This document shows, one piece after another, positions 51,411-62,189 of a stretch of 64,000 nucleotides of DNA. Location: the NCBI GenBank assembly GCA_963810095.1, contig CAWEMM010000002.1:96001-160000 (forward strand). Direction: 5' to 3'. Within the stretch, counting starts at the first letter, position 1, and each line of letters starts with the position of its first letter. The translations under genes and the position numbers were made by a program. The notes under the pieces were generated by a model. That model ran no database searches and was not told the origin of the DNA. It saw only the letters and a program-made list of their open reading frames with translations. This stretch comes from an uncultured Chloroflexia bacterium (GTDB taxonomy: Bacteria; Chloroflexota; Anaerolineae; CG2-30-64-16).

Positions 51411-53866
51411 TCAGATTCGCTCCAGGACATTGCGCAGCGCCGCGAGCTGCGCCTCGCTCACCCGGTCGATCTCCCCGGCATACACCTCGAGCGCCCTTGG
51501 GTTCGCCACCAACTGGGGCATGGCCCGGTAGAGCTCCAGCTTCACCTGCGAAGCGAGCTTAAACGCGTGCAGCATCGAGCGGCACGTCTCGAGCCGGCGG
51601 TCGCGCTTCGACATCAGCGCGCCGTCTGCGACGCGCAGGGTGAGTTCCACCTCGTCGCCCGGCGCCACCGCAAGCGGCGGCAGCGTGAGCGACTCCGCGG
51701 CCTCATCATATTCGCCCTGCACGGTGCGGCTCGCGCCGCCAAGCAACAGTTGCAGTTCGTCGGGGCGCCGGATGCCCCGAATGACCAGGCGATAGGTGCG
51801 CCCCGCGGGGATGTGGGACGGGTTGCCCTCGACCTTGGCGATCCTGAACGATAGCTCCCGTTCGCTCCACCCCTGGGAAAGCCGGGTGAGCGCGTAGTCG
51901 CCGCCAAGATAGGCAGTTGTGGCGCCGTCGTCTTCGTAGAGCGTGAACTCGCCGCCGGCGCCCGGGAACAGCGCGATGGTCAGCTCCTGGGGCGTCGTCG
52001 ACGCCGCCCCAGCCCACTCGCGGCCCCAGCGGTACGATGCTCCCAGCGTGGGCGAACACGGGGATATCGTCGAGTGTGCCGTACACGGTGAGCGTGCGGT
52101 CGCCCCGGAAGTATTCGCCGCTGTTGAAGTCAAACCAGTCTCCGGGCGGCAGCCAGACCGTGTGCCGGCTCAGCCTCGTTTCGGGGTGCTGCGGCGTGAC
52201 GAAGGGCGCGAGCATCAGCTCGCTGCCAAAGAAGTACTGGTTGCGGCACCGGTAAGCCTCTTCGCGCTCAGGGTGCCAGTAGTACAGCGGCGTGACGAGC
52301 GGAATGTTCGTCTGCGTAGTCTGCCAGGCCATGCTGTAGATATAGGGGATGAGCATGTGGCGGAGCTGCATCGCGCTGCGCGCGACCCGGAACGCGTCCG
52401 CTCCGTTGCCCCAGGGACGCCGGTCGTGGAAGGGGTTTTTTGTGCTGTGCAGCCGCATGATCGGGCTGAAGACGCCGAACTGTACCCAGCGTGCGTATAG
52501 CTCGGGCTCTTCCACGCCGCCCCAGTGGCCGCCGATGTCGTGGCTCCACCAGCCGAACGCCACATTGGCGGCCGTGGCCGTGAAGTAAGGCTGAAACTCG
52601 AGCGTGGCCCAGGTGACCAGGCTGTCGCCCGAGAAGCCGATCGGGTAGCGCTGGTTGCCCAGGCCGCCCCAGCGCGAAAAGATGAAGGGCCGCTTGGTCC
52701 CGTCGCGGCCCAGGTCGTAGAAATGCAGGTGATTCAGCCACCACAACGGGTCCATCACTTCAGCTACGGGCTGCTGCGAGTGCACCATGCGCTGGCCCTG
52801 CTGCCAATCCAGCCACCAGAAATCGACCCCCTCGGCCTCCATCGGGTGGTGGAGGATCTTGAAATACCCTTCCACGAAGTGGGGATCGGCCAGGTCAAAG
52901 TGGACGGGTTCGGCGCCGGCCAGGTCCTGCTGGGCCGGCAGGTCGCGCCCCATCCACCGGGCCATCGCCTCGTACTGCGCCTCGTGCGGCCAGACGCCGT
53001 CTGCGGGGTGCAGGTTCAGCGCGGTCCGCAGCCCCTGCTCGTGCAGCCAGGCGATGAATCCCGCCGGGTCCGGCCAGAGGTCCCGGTTCCAGGTGTAGCC
53101 GGTCCAGCCCGACGCTGCGTTGCCTGTTTCCGTGAGGTGCCAGTCCATATCGATGATGCAGACGGACAGCGGCACTTCCTTCTGGCGGAACTCCAGCATC
53201 AGGTCGCGCAACTCGTCCTGCCGGTATTCCCAGTAGCGGCTCCACCAGTTGCCGAGCGCGAAACGCGGCAGCATGGGCACGCGGCCCGGAAACCCGGCCG
53301 TAGTCTTGCAGGCAGCCGGTGTAGTCGTGCCCGTAGCCGAAGAAGTAGAGGTCCCGGTATTCACTTCGACCGGCCCCCGGCCGCTGTTCCAGCCACCCCT
53401 TCTCGTCAAATACCAGGCTCTGCGAGTCGTCCACGACAGACCAGCCCGCTCGCGACATCAGGCCGGGCTCCAGGGGGATTTCGCCGTCCGCTTCGTCGAG
53501 CGTCCGGGCAGTGCCGCGCAGGTTCTGGCGGTCGCGGTCGCCGAAATGCCAGGTCGTGCCGGTGGCCTTGACGAGGATCGAAAGCGTACGGGCCGAGAAG
53601 CCGGCGGCCGAGATGCGATAGTGGAGGTGCAGGTGCTCCGTCTCGATATCGATGTCATCCCGGGTCTGGGCGGCCTCGAACGCCGGCACGGGTTGGAGCC
53701 GGCTCCAGAATGCCTGGCTCGCCCGGTCCTCGAACACGCCCGAGCGGCTGTATTCCATGCGGATCAGGCGCGATGTCAGCAGTGTGAAGCGGACGCCGGG
53801 TCCGGCGACGACGGCTGCCGGGTCGGCCCGCCCTTGGAATGAAGTTGGAATGTTGATCTGGGCCAT
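51411..53866 (-). CDS. glycoside hydrolase family 31; indels
   Basis: GNWWSRYW, IDMDWH, WTGYTWN, FWWLDWQQ, RYPIGFSGD, WSHDIGG, FSPIMRLH, LYEDDG. Confidence 0.9.
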
Positions 53867-54036
53867 CTTCTCTCCCGGCTGAGGACGCGCCGCCGCGCGC
53901 GGGCGCTGCACTTTTCCCGTTCCAAGCACTTGCTCGTGCATGTTACTACGCAAGCAGGCCCTTGCCAAAGACGTGCGGCAGCCTGCCGTCCGCTCATGCT
54001 TCTGTGATACACTACCCTGGGTCGGAGGAGGTGAGC

Positions 54037-54840
54037 ATGCGGATTCGAGTCTGTGTCGCCGGGGCAACCGGCTGGGCAGGGAGCGCGGTCGTCCGGGCCA
54101 TCCTGGCGTCGGACCGATTTCAGTTGTCGGGCGCGCTGGCGAGGCAGCAGGCCGGCCGGGACGCGGCTGAAGCTGTGGGCGAGCGGCCGTCCGGCATCCC
54201 CATCGCCGGGTCGCTGGAAGATGCACTGCAGGCTCCAACCGATGTCCTGATTGACTATACGGCGCCAGATTCGGTCAAGGCGCGGACGCTGGCCGCGCTG
54301 GAGCGGGGCGTGCAGGTCGTCGTTGGCACATCGGGCCTCACTGCTGCCGACTACGTCGAGATCGAGCGGTTCGCCGTGGCACAGGGCCTGGGCGTGATTG
54401 CTGCCGGCAATTTCTCCATCACCGCCGCACTTGCGAAGCATTTCGCGCTCATCGCGGCCCGTTACCTGCCGTCGTGGGAGATCGTCGACTACGCGCACGC
54501 GGACAAGATTGACGCGCCGAGCGGGACCGTCCGGGAGCTGGCAGAGGCCCTCGGCGCGGTTCGCAAGAGCGAGCTGGCACTCTCGATTGACGAAACCATC
54601 GGGGCGAAGGAGGCGCGGGGCGCATCCATCGGCGGCGGCCAGGTCCACTCGATCCGGCTCCCCGGTTACGTGATTTCCTTCGAGGCGCTGTTCGGCTTGC
54701 CCGACGAACGCCTCTCGGTGAAGCACGAGGCCGGCACGGGTGCACAGCCATACGTCGCCGGCACGCTGCTTGCGGCCGAGCGGGTGATGGGCGTGACCGG
54801 CCTGGTGCGCGGGCTGGACACGCTGCTGTTTGGGGAGTAA
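54037..54840 (+). CDS. dapB: 4-hydroxy-tetrahydrodipicolinate reductase
   Basis: GATGWAG, VVGTSG, GNFS, HADKIDAPSGT, HSIRLPG. Confidence 0.9.
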   Translation: MRIRVCVAGATGWAGSAVVRAILASDRFQLSGALARQQAGRDAAEAVGERPSGIPIAGSLEDALQAPTDVLIDYTAPDSVKARTLAALERGVQVVVGTSGLTAADYVEIERFAVAQGLGVIAAGNFSITAALAKHFALIAARYLPSWEIVDYAHADKIDAPSGTVRELAEALGAVRKSELALSIDETIGAKEARGASIGGGQVHSIRLPGYVISFEALFGLPDERLSVKHEAGTGAQPYVAGTLLAAERVMGVTGLVRGLDTLLFGE

Positions 54841-54861
54841 CGCTTTTTCGAGGAGGTCTCC

Positions 54862-55950
54862 ATGAAACGCGTGCCCGTGCTGGCATGGATTGCACTTCTC
54901 GCCGTTAGCATCGCGTTGGTCGCCACGCTCGCCGCCGACGATTGGCTCTGGTCACTTGCGGGCAACCGGGCGCTGCAGTCGCTTGGCGCCGGGCTGACGC
55001 TGCCGATGCAGCTCTTCACCTTCCTCGGCGACGAGCAATTCTACCTGGTCGCCATTCCCCTGGTCTACTGGTGCCTGCAGAAAGAGCTCGGGGTGGACCT
55101 CGGCGTTCTGCTCGTGCTATCGAGCCTGACCAATGGGTTCCTCAAGTCCCTCGTCAAGCACAACCGGCCTTTCTGGGAAGACCCCAAACTCCAGCTCAGC
55201 GAGGCGACCAGTTTTTCCACGCCGAGCGGCCACGCCCAGAACAGTGCCGCGCTGTTCGGTAAGCTGATCTCGTTCCTCAGCCGCTCGGCCTTGCGCGTGC
55301 TGTGGGTCGTGTTCTTGTCCCTGGTCATCATCCTGGTTGCGTTGTCGCGGGTGTACCTGGGGGTGCACTACCCCGGCGATGTTATGTGGGGCATTGCGGT
55401 CGGCCTGGTCCTGGTCTCCCTCTACAATTGGCTCAAGCCCAAGCTGCTGCCCGGATTGCGACGGCTGCCCACCGGCCTGCATGTGCTTCTGGGCCTCGTC
55501 GCGGCGGCAGTCATTCTGGGGGGCGAATCTGCTCTTCTCGTCATCCCCTTCGGGACTGGCCCGCACTTCCCCGCGCTCTACCTGGATGCGTGGGGCGCGA
55601 CGCTGGAGGACGCGGCAACGGTCGCGGGGCTCGCGGCCGGCCTGTGGATCGGCCTGGCGGTCGAGAGCCGGCACGTGCGCTTTTCCGTGCTGGGACGCTG
55701 GTGGCAGCGGGTGCTCCGGTATGTGATCGGCGTCGCGGTCCTGTTGGGCATTTGGATGGGCCTTAAAGTCGTCTTTCCCGCGGAACCCCTCATGCTTGGA
55801 CTCGGGCTGCGCGTCCTCCGGTATGCCCTAGCCATGCTCTGGGCCATCCTGGTGTGGCCATGGCTGTTCGTGCGGATCGGCCTCGGCCGGCGCGAGGCTG
55901 GCGTCGAAGAGACACCGGCGAACAATGCGACGTTGCCTGCGGGCGCATAA
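54862..55950 (+). CDS. PAP2-family membrane phosphatase
   Basis: K......RP, PSGH, SRVYLGVHYPGD. Confidence 0.9.
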   Translation: MKRVPVLAWIALLAVSIALVATLAADDWLWSLAGNRALQSLGAGLTLPMQLFTFLGDEQFYLVAIPLVYWCLQKELGVDLGVLLVLSSLTNGFLKSLVKHNRPFWEDPKLQLSEATSFSTPSGHAQNSAALFGKLISFLSRSALRVLWVVFLSLVIILVALSRVYLGVHYPGDVMWGIAVGLVLVSLYNWLKPKLLPGLRRLPTGLHVLLGLVAAAVILGGESALLVIPFGTGPHFPALYLDAWGATLEDAATVAGLAAGLWIGLAVESRHVRFSVLGRWWQRVLRYVIGVAVLLGIWMGLKVVFPAEPLMLGLGLRVLRYALAMLWAILVWPWLFVRIGLGRREAGVEETPANNATLPAGA

Positions 55951-55982
55951 GCCTCGACCCACTTCGTCGCCGCGCCGCGGGA

Positions 55983-55991
55983 TGGTATAAT
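55983..55991 (+). promoter_or_regulatory. extended -10 promoter of dnaE
   Basis: TGGTATAAT about 120 nt before the ATG. Confidence 0.6.
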
Positions 55992-56113
55992 CGCTCTACC
56001 GGGGAAATCTAGTCCAAGAAGGGCTAACCAGACGATCTGGGGATGCGAACGCTGCTGTGCCGGCGTTGGCATCCCCCCTACGGAGTTGGCCTTTCCCAGT
56101 CAGGTTGCGTGCG

Positions 56114-59100
56114 ATGCCGGACGATTTCGTCCATCTTCATCTTCATACCGAATACTCGCTGCTCGACGGCCTGGGCCGGGTTCCGGCGATGGCGAAGCGC
56201 GCGGCCGAACTCGGTCAGCGGGCGCTTGCGCTCACCGACCACGGCACGATGCACGGCGCGATCGAGTTTTCGCGCGCCTGCAAAGGGGTCGGAATCAAGC
56301 CGCTGCTGGGGGTGGAGGCGTACATCACCCAGTGGGGCCGCCCGATGACGGGCCAGGACGGCGAGGCCGACCGGCCGCCGCCATCACCTGCTGCTCCTCG
56401 CCGAGAATATGACCGGCTACCGCAACCTCCTCAAGATCTGCTCGGATGCCCAGCTGAAGGGATACTATTACCGGCCGCGGGTGGATGCGGACTACCTCGC
56501 GAGCCACAGCGAGGGGCTGATTTGCACTTCGGGCTGCCTCGCAGCCGAGCTGCCGAGCCTGATCAAGAACGGCCGCGAGCACCTGGCCGCCGAACGCCTG
56601 ATGTGGTACCGTGACGTGTTTGGGCCCGATCACTGGTACATCGAGTTCCAGGAGCACAGCATCCCGGAGTTGACCGAGGTCAACAAGCAGCTGTGGGCGT
56701 TTGCGCAGAAGTACGAGGTGCCCGTCGTCGTCACGAACGACGTGCACTATGTGCGCGAGGAGGATGCGACCGCGCATGACATGCTCCTGTGCGTGCAGAC
56801 CAGCAGCCTCCTTAACGACCCGAAGCGCATGCGCTACGACGGGAACTCTTATTTCCTCAAGAGCCTCGACCAAATGCGGCAGACGTTCCTGCCCTACGTC
56901 GACATGCCGGACACCGCGTTCAGCAACACGCTCAAAATTGCGGAGATGTGCAGCGCGGACCCGGACGACAAGCACTATCACCTCCCCGACATCGAGGTGC
57001 CCGAGGGCTTCAATTACGAAACCTATCTGCGCCACCTGACCGAGGAAGGGCTGCGCATGCGCTACGGCGACCGGGCCGACGACCCGGAGGTGCAGGAGCG
57101 CAAGGAGCACGAGCTGCGGGTCATTCACAACATGGGGTTCGACGTTTATTACCTCATCGTGTGGGACCTGTGCATGTACGCGAAGCGCCGGGGCATCTGG
57201 TGGAACGTGCGCGGTTCTGGCGCGGGGTCGATCGTCGCGTATGCGATCGAAGTGACCAACCTCGACCCGCTGCGCAACAAGCTGATCTTCGAGCGGTTCC
57301 TGAACCCGGGCCGCGTCACGATGCCCGACTTCGACCTGGACTTCCCGGACGACCAGCGCGAAGAGCTAATCAAGTACACCCGCGACAAGTATGGCGACCA
57401 CCGGGTGGCCCAGGTGGTGACGTTTGGCCGGATGAAGGCGCGGGCGGCGGTGCGCGACGTGGGCCGGGCCATGGGCGTGCCGCTGGAAGAGGTGGACGTC
57501 ATTGCGAAGCTGATCCCCGGGATCTCGGGCAAGCCGGTCACGATCCAGGACGTGCTGACCCCGGAGACCGAGTTTTACTCGGCAGACCTCAAGCAGAAGT
57601 ACGACGCGGAAGAGAGCGTGCGGAACCTGCTCGACGCAGCGAAGCAGTTGGAGGGGGTGCGCGCGTCACTCCTCGATCCATCCCGCGGCCGTCATGGTCG
57701 CCGACCGCGAGCTGACCTATTACACGCCCCTCATGCGGCCGCCCAAGTCGGCCGTTACGCCGACGGTCACGCAGTACGAGTACCCCATCCTCGAGTCGAT
57801 CGGCTTGCTCAAGATCGACTTCCTGGGCCTCTCGACCCTCACGCTCATGCGCGAGGCCACGCAGGCTGATCAGGGAGCGGCACGGGACAGAGTACACGCT
57901 GCTCAACCTGCCGATCGACAACGCGAAGACGTATGAGTTGTTGACGGCCGGAGACGTGATGGGGGTCTTCCAGGTCGAAGGTTCAGGGATGCGGCGGGTG
58001 CTGATGGACCTGCGCCCGACCGAGTTCGACCACATTACCGCGACGATCTCGCTCTACCGACCGGGCCCGATGGAGTTCATCCCCGACTTCATCGCCTGCC
58101 TGCACGGCGAGAAAAAGCCTGTGTATGCTCACCCGATCCTGGCGCCCATCCTTGCCGAGACCCAGGGTGTGTGCGTCTACCAGGAGCAGGTCATCCAGAT
58201 CCTCGCCGACGTCGCCGGCTACACTCCCGGCGAAGCCGACCTCGTCCGCCGCGGCATCAGCAAGAAGTCGAAGAAGACGCTGGACGAGCACCGTGAGATC
58301 TTTGCGAACGGCAGCGCGAAGAAGTCGGGGCTGAAGCGGGAAGAAGCCGACGCGATCTGGGACGCGCTCATGGGATTCGCGCGCTACGGTTTCAACCGCG
58401 CGCACGCGGCCGACTACGCGGTCGTGGTCGCCCAGACCGGCTACCTGAAAGCGCATTACCCGGTCGAGTATATGGCGGCCCTGCTGACAGTGGAGCGGCA
58501 CGACACGGAGAAGGTGGGCATCCTCATTGCCGAGTGCCGGCGAATGGGCATCGAGGTGCTGCCGCCCAGCGTCAACGTCTCGGAGCACACCTTCACGATC
58601 GAGAAGCTGCCCGCAGGCAGGCCGGCGCCGCGACAGACGACGGCGTTCCCGTTCCCCGTGGAGCCGGGCGCGGCCATCCGCATGGGGCTGGACGCGATCA
58701 AGAACCTGGGCGAGGGGCCGATCGACATCCTGCTCCGGGGCCGCGGGACACGCCCCTTCGTCTCGCTGGTCGACTTCTGCGAACGGGTCGACCTGCGGCA
58801 GGTGAACCGCCGCGGGCTCGAATGCCTGATCAAAGTGGGCGCGCTGGACGACTTCGGCGAGCGCTACCGCATCATGGCGGCCATCGACCAGCTCATGCAG
58901 GTGAGCACCTCGGCGCACGACGCGGCCGACGTGGGGCAGCTGACCTTGTTCGGCGAGGTGGAGACCGCGACGGACGCGGAAATCCTGTCGGGCGCCGGCC
59001 CGGTTGCGAAGGTCAGCAACAAAGAGATCCTCGAGTGGGAGAAGGAGTTGGTCGGCGTGTACGTATCGAGCCACCCACTGCAGCAGATGACAGTCGACCT

Positions 59101-60147
59101 GATGAACGTGGTCACGCACGCCTCGGTGGACGTCACCGAAGAATTGGGCAAGCAGTCGATAGTGATCGCGGGGCTGCTGGCCGAGGTCCGCAGCTTCACG
59201 ACCAAGAAGGGCGACCAGATGGCCTTCTGCCGGCTGGAGGACTTGCAGGGCTCAGTCGACGTCACGGTCTTCCCCCAGTTGTTCAAGGAGAAGCGGGAAC
59301 TCTGGAAGCAGGACAAGATTGTGATCGTGTGGGGCAAACCGGACGCTCGCAACGGGCGCATTAGCGTGGTGGCGGACCGCGTGCAGGACTACGTACAGGG
59401 CCAGCGGGTGATCGAGGATACGTCAACCACGTATCACCGCTTCCAGAACGGCAGTGCGCAGCCCAGCCGCCCGTTGATGCGGAACGGTGACGGCAACGGC
59501 TACGCGCCTCCGCCACCCGCGCCCGGAGCCCGCTACGCTGCGCCCGCGCCCGATTTCGGCGGCGGCGAGGATGAATCGGATTACGCGGAGAGCAACCCGT
59601 TTGCCGACGAGGCGCCAGACTGGCTAGCCGGGGACAACGGCGGCGGGGATGTGTCCCCTGACGTGGCGCAAGCGATGACCCCACCAAAGGTCGTGCCACC
59701 AGCGACGGAGCCGGGACCAACCAACGGGGCAGCAAGCCGAGCTTCTGCCCCCCTGCCCGATCGGGCTCCGGCGGAACCTGCGGCGCAGCGCGAGGCGCCG
59801 CCGCCCCGCGCTGCGCCGCAGGTCGCGGCTGCAAACCCGGTCGAACCGACCCCAATGTTGCGCGAGCGCCCGCTCGAGCCGGCGCCGGCCGCTCCGCCTG
59901 CCCCACCGCGGCTGGTCGTCTGCTTCCGCCGCAGTCACAGCCTCGACGCGGATCGCAAGCGGCTCTCCGAACTCGTGGACATGCTCGAGAAGGTACCGGG
60001 GCGACGGATCACTTCGTGATCGTCGTGGAGGCGACCGGCCAGCCGCGCTACCAGCTCGAATTCCCGAACAGCTACACGCACATCTGCAAGGAGCTCAAGA
60101 ACGAGCTCACGCAGCGGCTGGGGGGGAGCTGTTGGCATCTCGAGTGA
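56114..60147 (+). CDS. dnaE: DNA polymerase III alpha subunit; indels
   Basis: [64 protein letters not shown] fold; C-terminal domain in an alternative frame to TGA at 60147. Confidence 0.96.
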
Positions 60148-61486
60148 TCGCGGCGGCCGACCCGCTGCTCTTGATCGCGATCACCCCGCTGCTGCTCTTT
60201 CCCACCTTCCGCCCCGGCTGGACCGCGGCCGCGCTCGGGTTGTTGGTCGTGATGTGGGTGCTGCGGGGGGTCGTGTGTCGCGAGACCTGGCCGGTCACGC
60301 CGTTCAATCCCGCGTTGCTCCTTTTCTGCATCACGGTCCCTTTAGCCGTCTGGGCCTCGGCCAGCCCTGATCTGACGATTCCCAAGCTGACGGGGCTCAT
60401 CCTCGGGCTGGCCGCGTTTCGGGCCATTTCTTTCTCGGCGCCCTCCCGCAAAGGGCTCACAACGGTGCTGCTCATTTTTGCAGCCCTCGGCATGGCCATG
60501 TGGGCGCTCGGTTTGCTCGGCATCCGGCTTCCGGCCTTGGTCCCGCTCGCGCAGCGTTTGCCCCCGGCGCTGGTCAGCCTCCCGGGTGCGCCCGACCAGG
60601 GCATCAACCCGAATCAGTTGGCTGGCGTGCTGGTGCTGTATCTGCCCTTCCTCTTTGCGCTCATTGCCTACGCGCTGCGTCAGCACCGGGTCGCGCTCGG
60701 TCTCGTGCTCGCGCTTGTTGCGCTCGCGGGGATTGGCAATCTGGTGCTGACCCGGTCGCGCTCCGGATGGATCGGACTCGTAGTGGCAGCATTCGCGCTG
60801 GGGCTGGTCCTTGCTGTGTTGCAAGGCAGCCGGCAGGTGCGCCGGGCGGTGCTGATCACTTCGGTGGTCGTCGTGCTGGTGGGAGTCGTTGCGGGCGGGG
60901 TGTTCGTGGCGCAGCGTCTCGAGCCTGCCGGTGCCGTGTCTGGTGAGACGCGAGCGGACAGCGCGCTTCAGCAGTTGTCGCTCGACGCGCGCATCGAGAT
61001 CTGGTCGCGCGCGCTGTACGCGATCGAGGATTTCCCTTTCACCGGGGTTGGGCTTGGGACGTTTCGCCGTGTGTTGAGCTTGCTCTACCCGCTTTTCCTG
61101 GTGCCTCCTGACCAGGAGATACCCCACGCTCATAACATCTTCCTTCAGGTTGGTGTCGACTTAGGGGTGGGCGGGCTGATTGCTTACGTTGCCTTGCTGC
61201 TCGTAGGCGGTGTAACGGCCTGGCAGGTTGCCGCGTCCGCAGCGGCGCGCCGCGATATCTGGCCGCGGGCCTTCTCGCGGCTCTCGTGGGGCTCCACGTT
61301 TACGGGCTTGCCGACGCACTGGCACTCGGCTCGAAGCCAGGCTTGGCGTTCTGGATCGTGCTTGGGTTGATTGCGGCCCTCGCCGACACGAAGACGGTGG
61401 GGCTGCCGGGAGCTTCACCGGGAATCAGACGCCATCGACCCCATCGTAGCGCAGCGGCCGCAGGCCCTGGCGCCATGCCAGGGTGA
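60144..61486 (+). CDS. O-antigen ligase (Wzy_C) family membrane protein; indel near 61250
   Basis: [40 protein letters not shown]. Confidence 0.87.
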
Positions 61487-62129
61487 CCTCGGCCGCGTTC
61501 AGCAGCCAGTGCGCCACCAGCGGCGGCCAGATGCTGCCGCTCCACAGGAACAGCGCCGAGAGCACCAGGCCCATCAGAGCCGTCCCCACGATCCCCCACT
61601 GGCCTTGCGGCGCGTGCATGAGACCGAAGACCAGGCTGAGCGGCCACATCAGGACCCAGGGCGACGCCAGCCAGGTCAGACCGCCCAGCGGCAGCGAGCG
61701 AAACAGCAGTTCTTCCAGCGCGGCCGCGCCGAACAGCGCAAGCAGCACGCCAACCCACTCTCGCCGGTCGACCGGTACGATCGCGCGCAGGAGCCGGTTG
61801 TCATACATCTCGGGCCCCCAGCGCCGCACCACGGCATTGCCCGCCCAGGTGAGCGCGGGGAACAGCAGCAGCGCAGCGCCCGCGCCCACTGCGACGTCGC
61901 GCAGGGGTTGGCCGGCTGCCCAGCCCAATGCCTCGGCGCCCGGCCCGGCAAACAACCCCAGCGCGACGCACACGACGATCAGGAAAAGGCGCAAGAGATT
62001 GTCGGGCACGGTGAGCAGCAGGTTTTGGGATGGGGTGAAGGTGCGGAGCGCCCGGCCCGAGAACCAGGTGGCCACGCCAATGGCGAGGATCAGGACCGCA
62101 AGCGCGGCGGCGAAGAAGATGGGGTGCAT
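61425..62129 (-). CDS. CPBP-family intramembrane glutamic endopeptidase
   Basis: EELLFR, FGLMH, AHWLLN. Confidence 0.9.
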   Translation of the reverse strand: MHPIFFAAALAVLILAIGVATWFSGRALRTFTPSQNLLLTVPDNLLRLFLIVVCVALGLFAGPGAEALGWAAGQPLRDVAVGAGAALLLFPALTWAGNAVVRRWGPEMYDNRLLRAIVPVDRREWVGVLLALFGAAALEELLFRSLPLGGLTWLASPWVLMWPLSLVFGLMHAPQGQWGIVGTALMGLVLSALFLWSGSIWPPLVAHWLLNAAEVTLAWRQGLRPLRYDGVDGV

Positions 62130-62189
62130 ACGTCTGTCGCTCCCGGGACCGCGCCACCCGGCGCCAGGTGACACGGTCCCGGGAAAAGG

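Noticed and set aside
48996-53866. GH31-maltokinase-DUF1349 cluster as a novel system
   Set aside because: It fits ordinary alpha-glucan/maltose metabolism.
56114-60147. Intein in DnaE
   Set aside because: The YGFNRAH region is contiguous, with no C/S...HN splice motifs or LAGLIDADG blocks.
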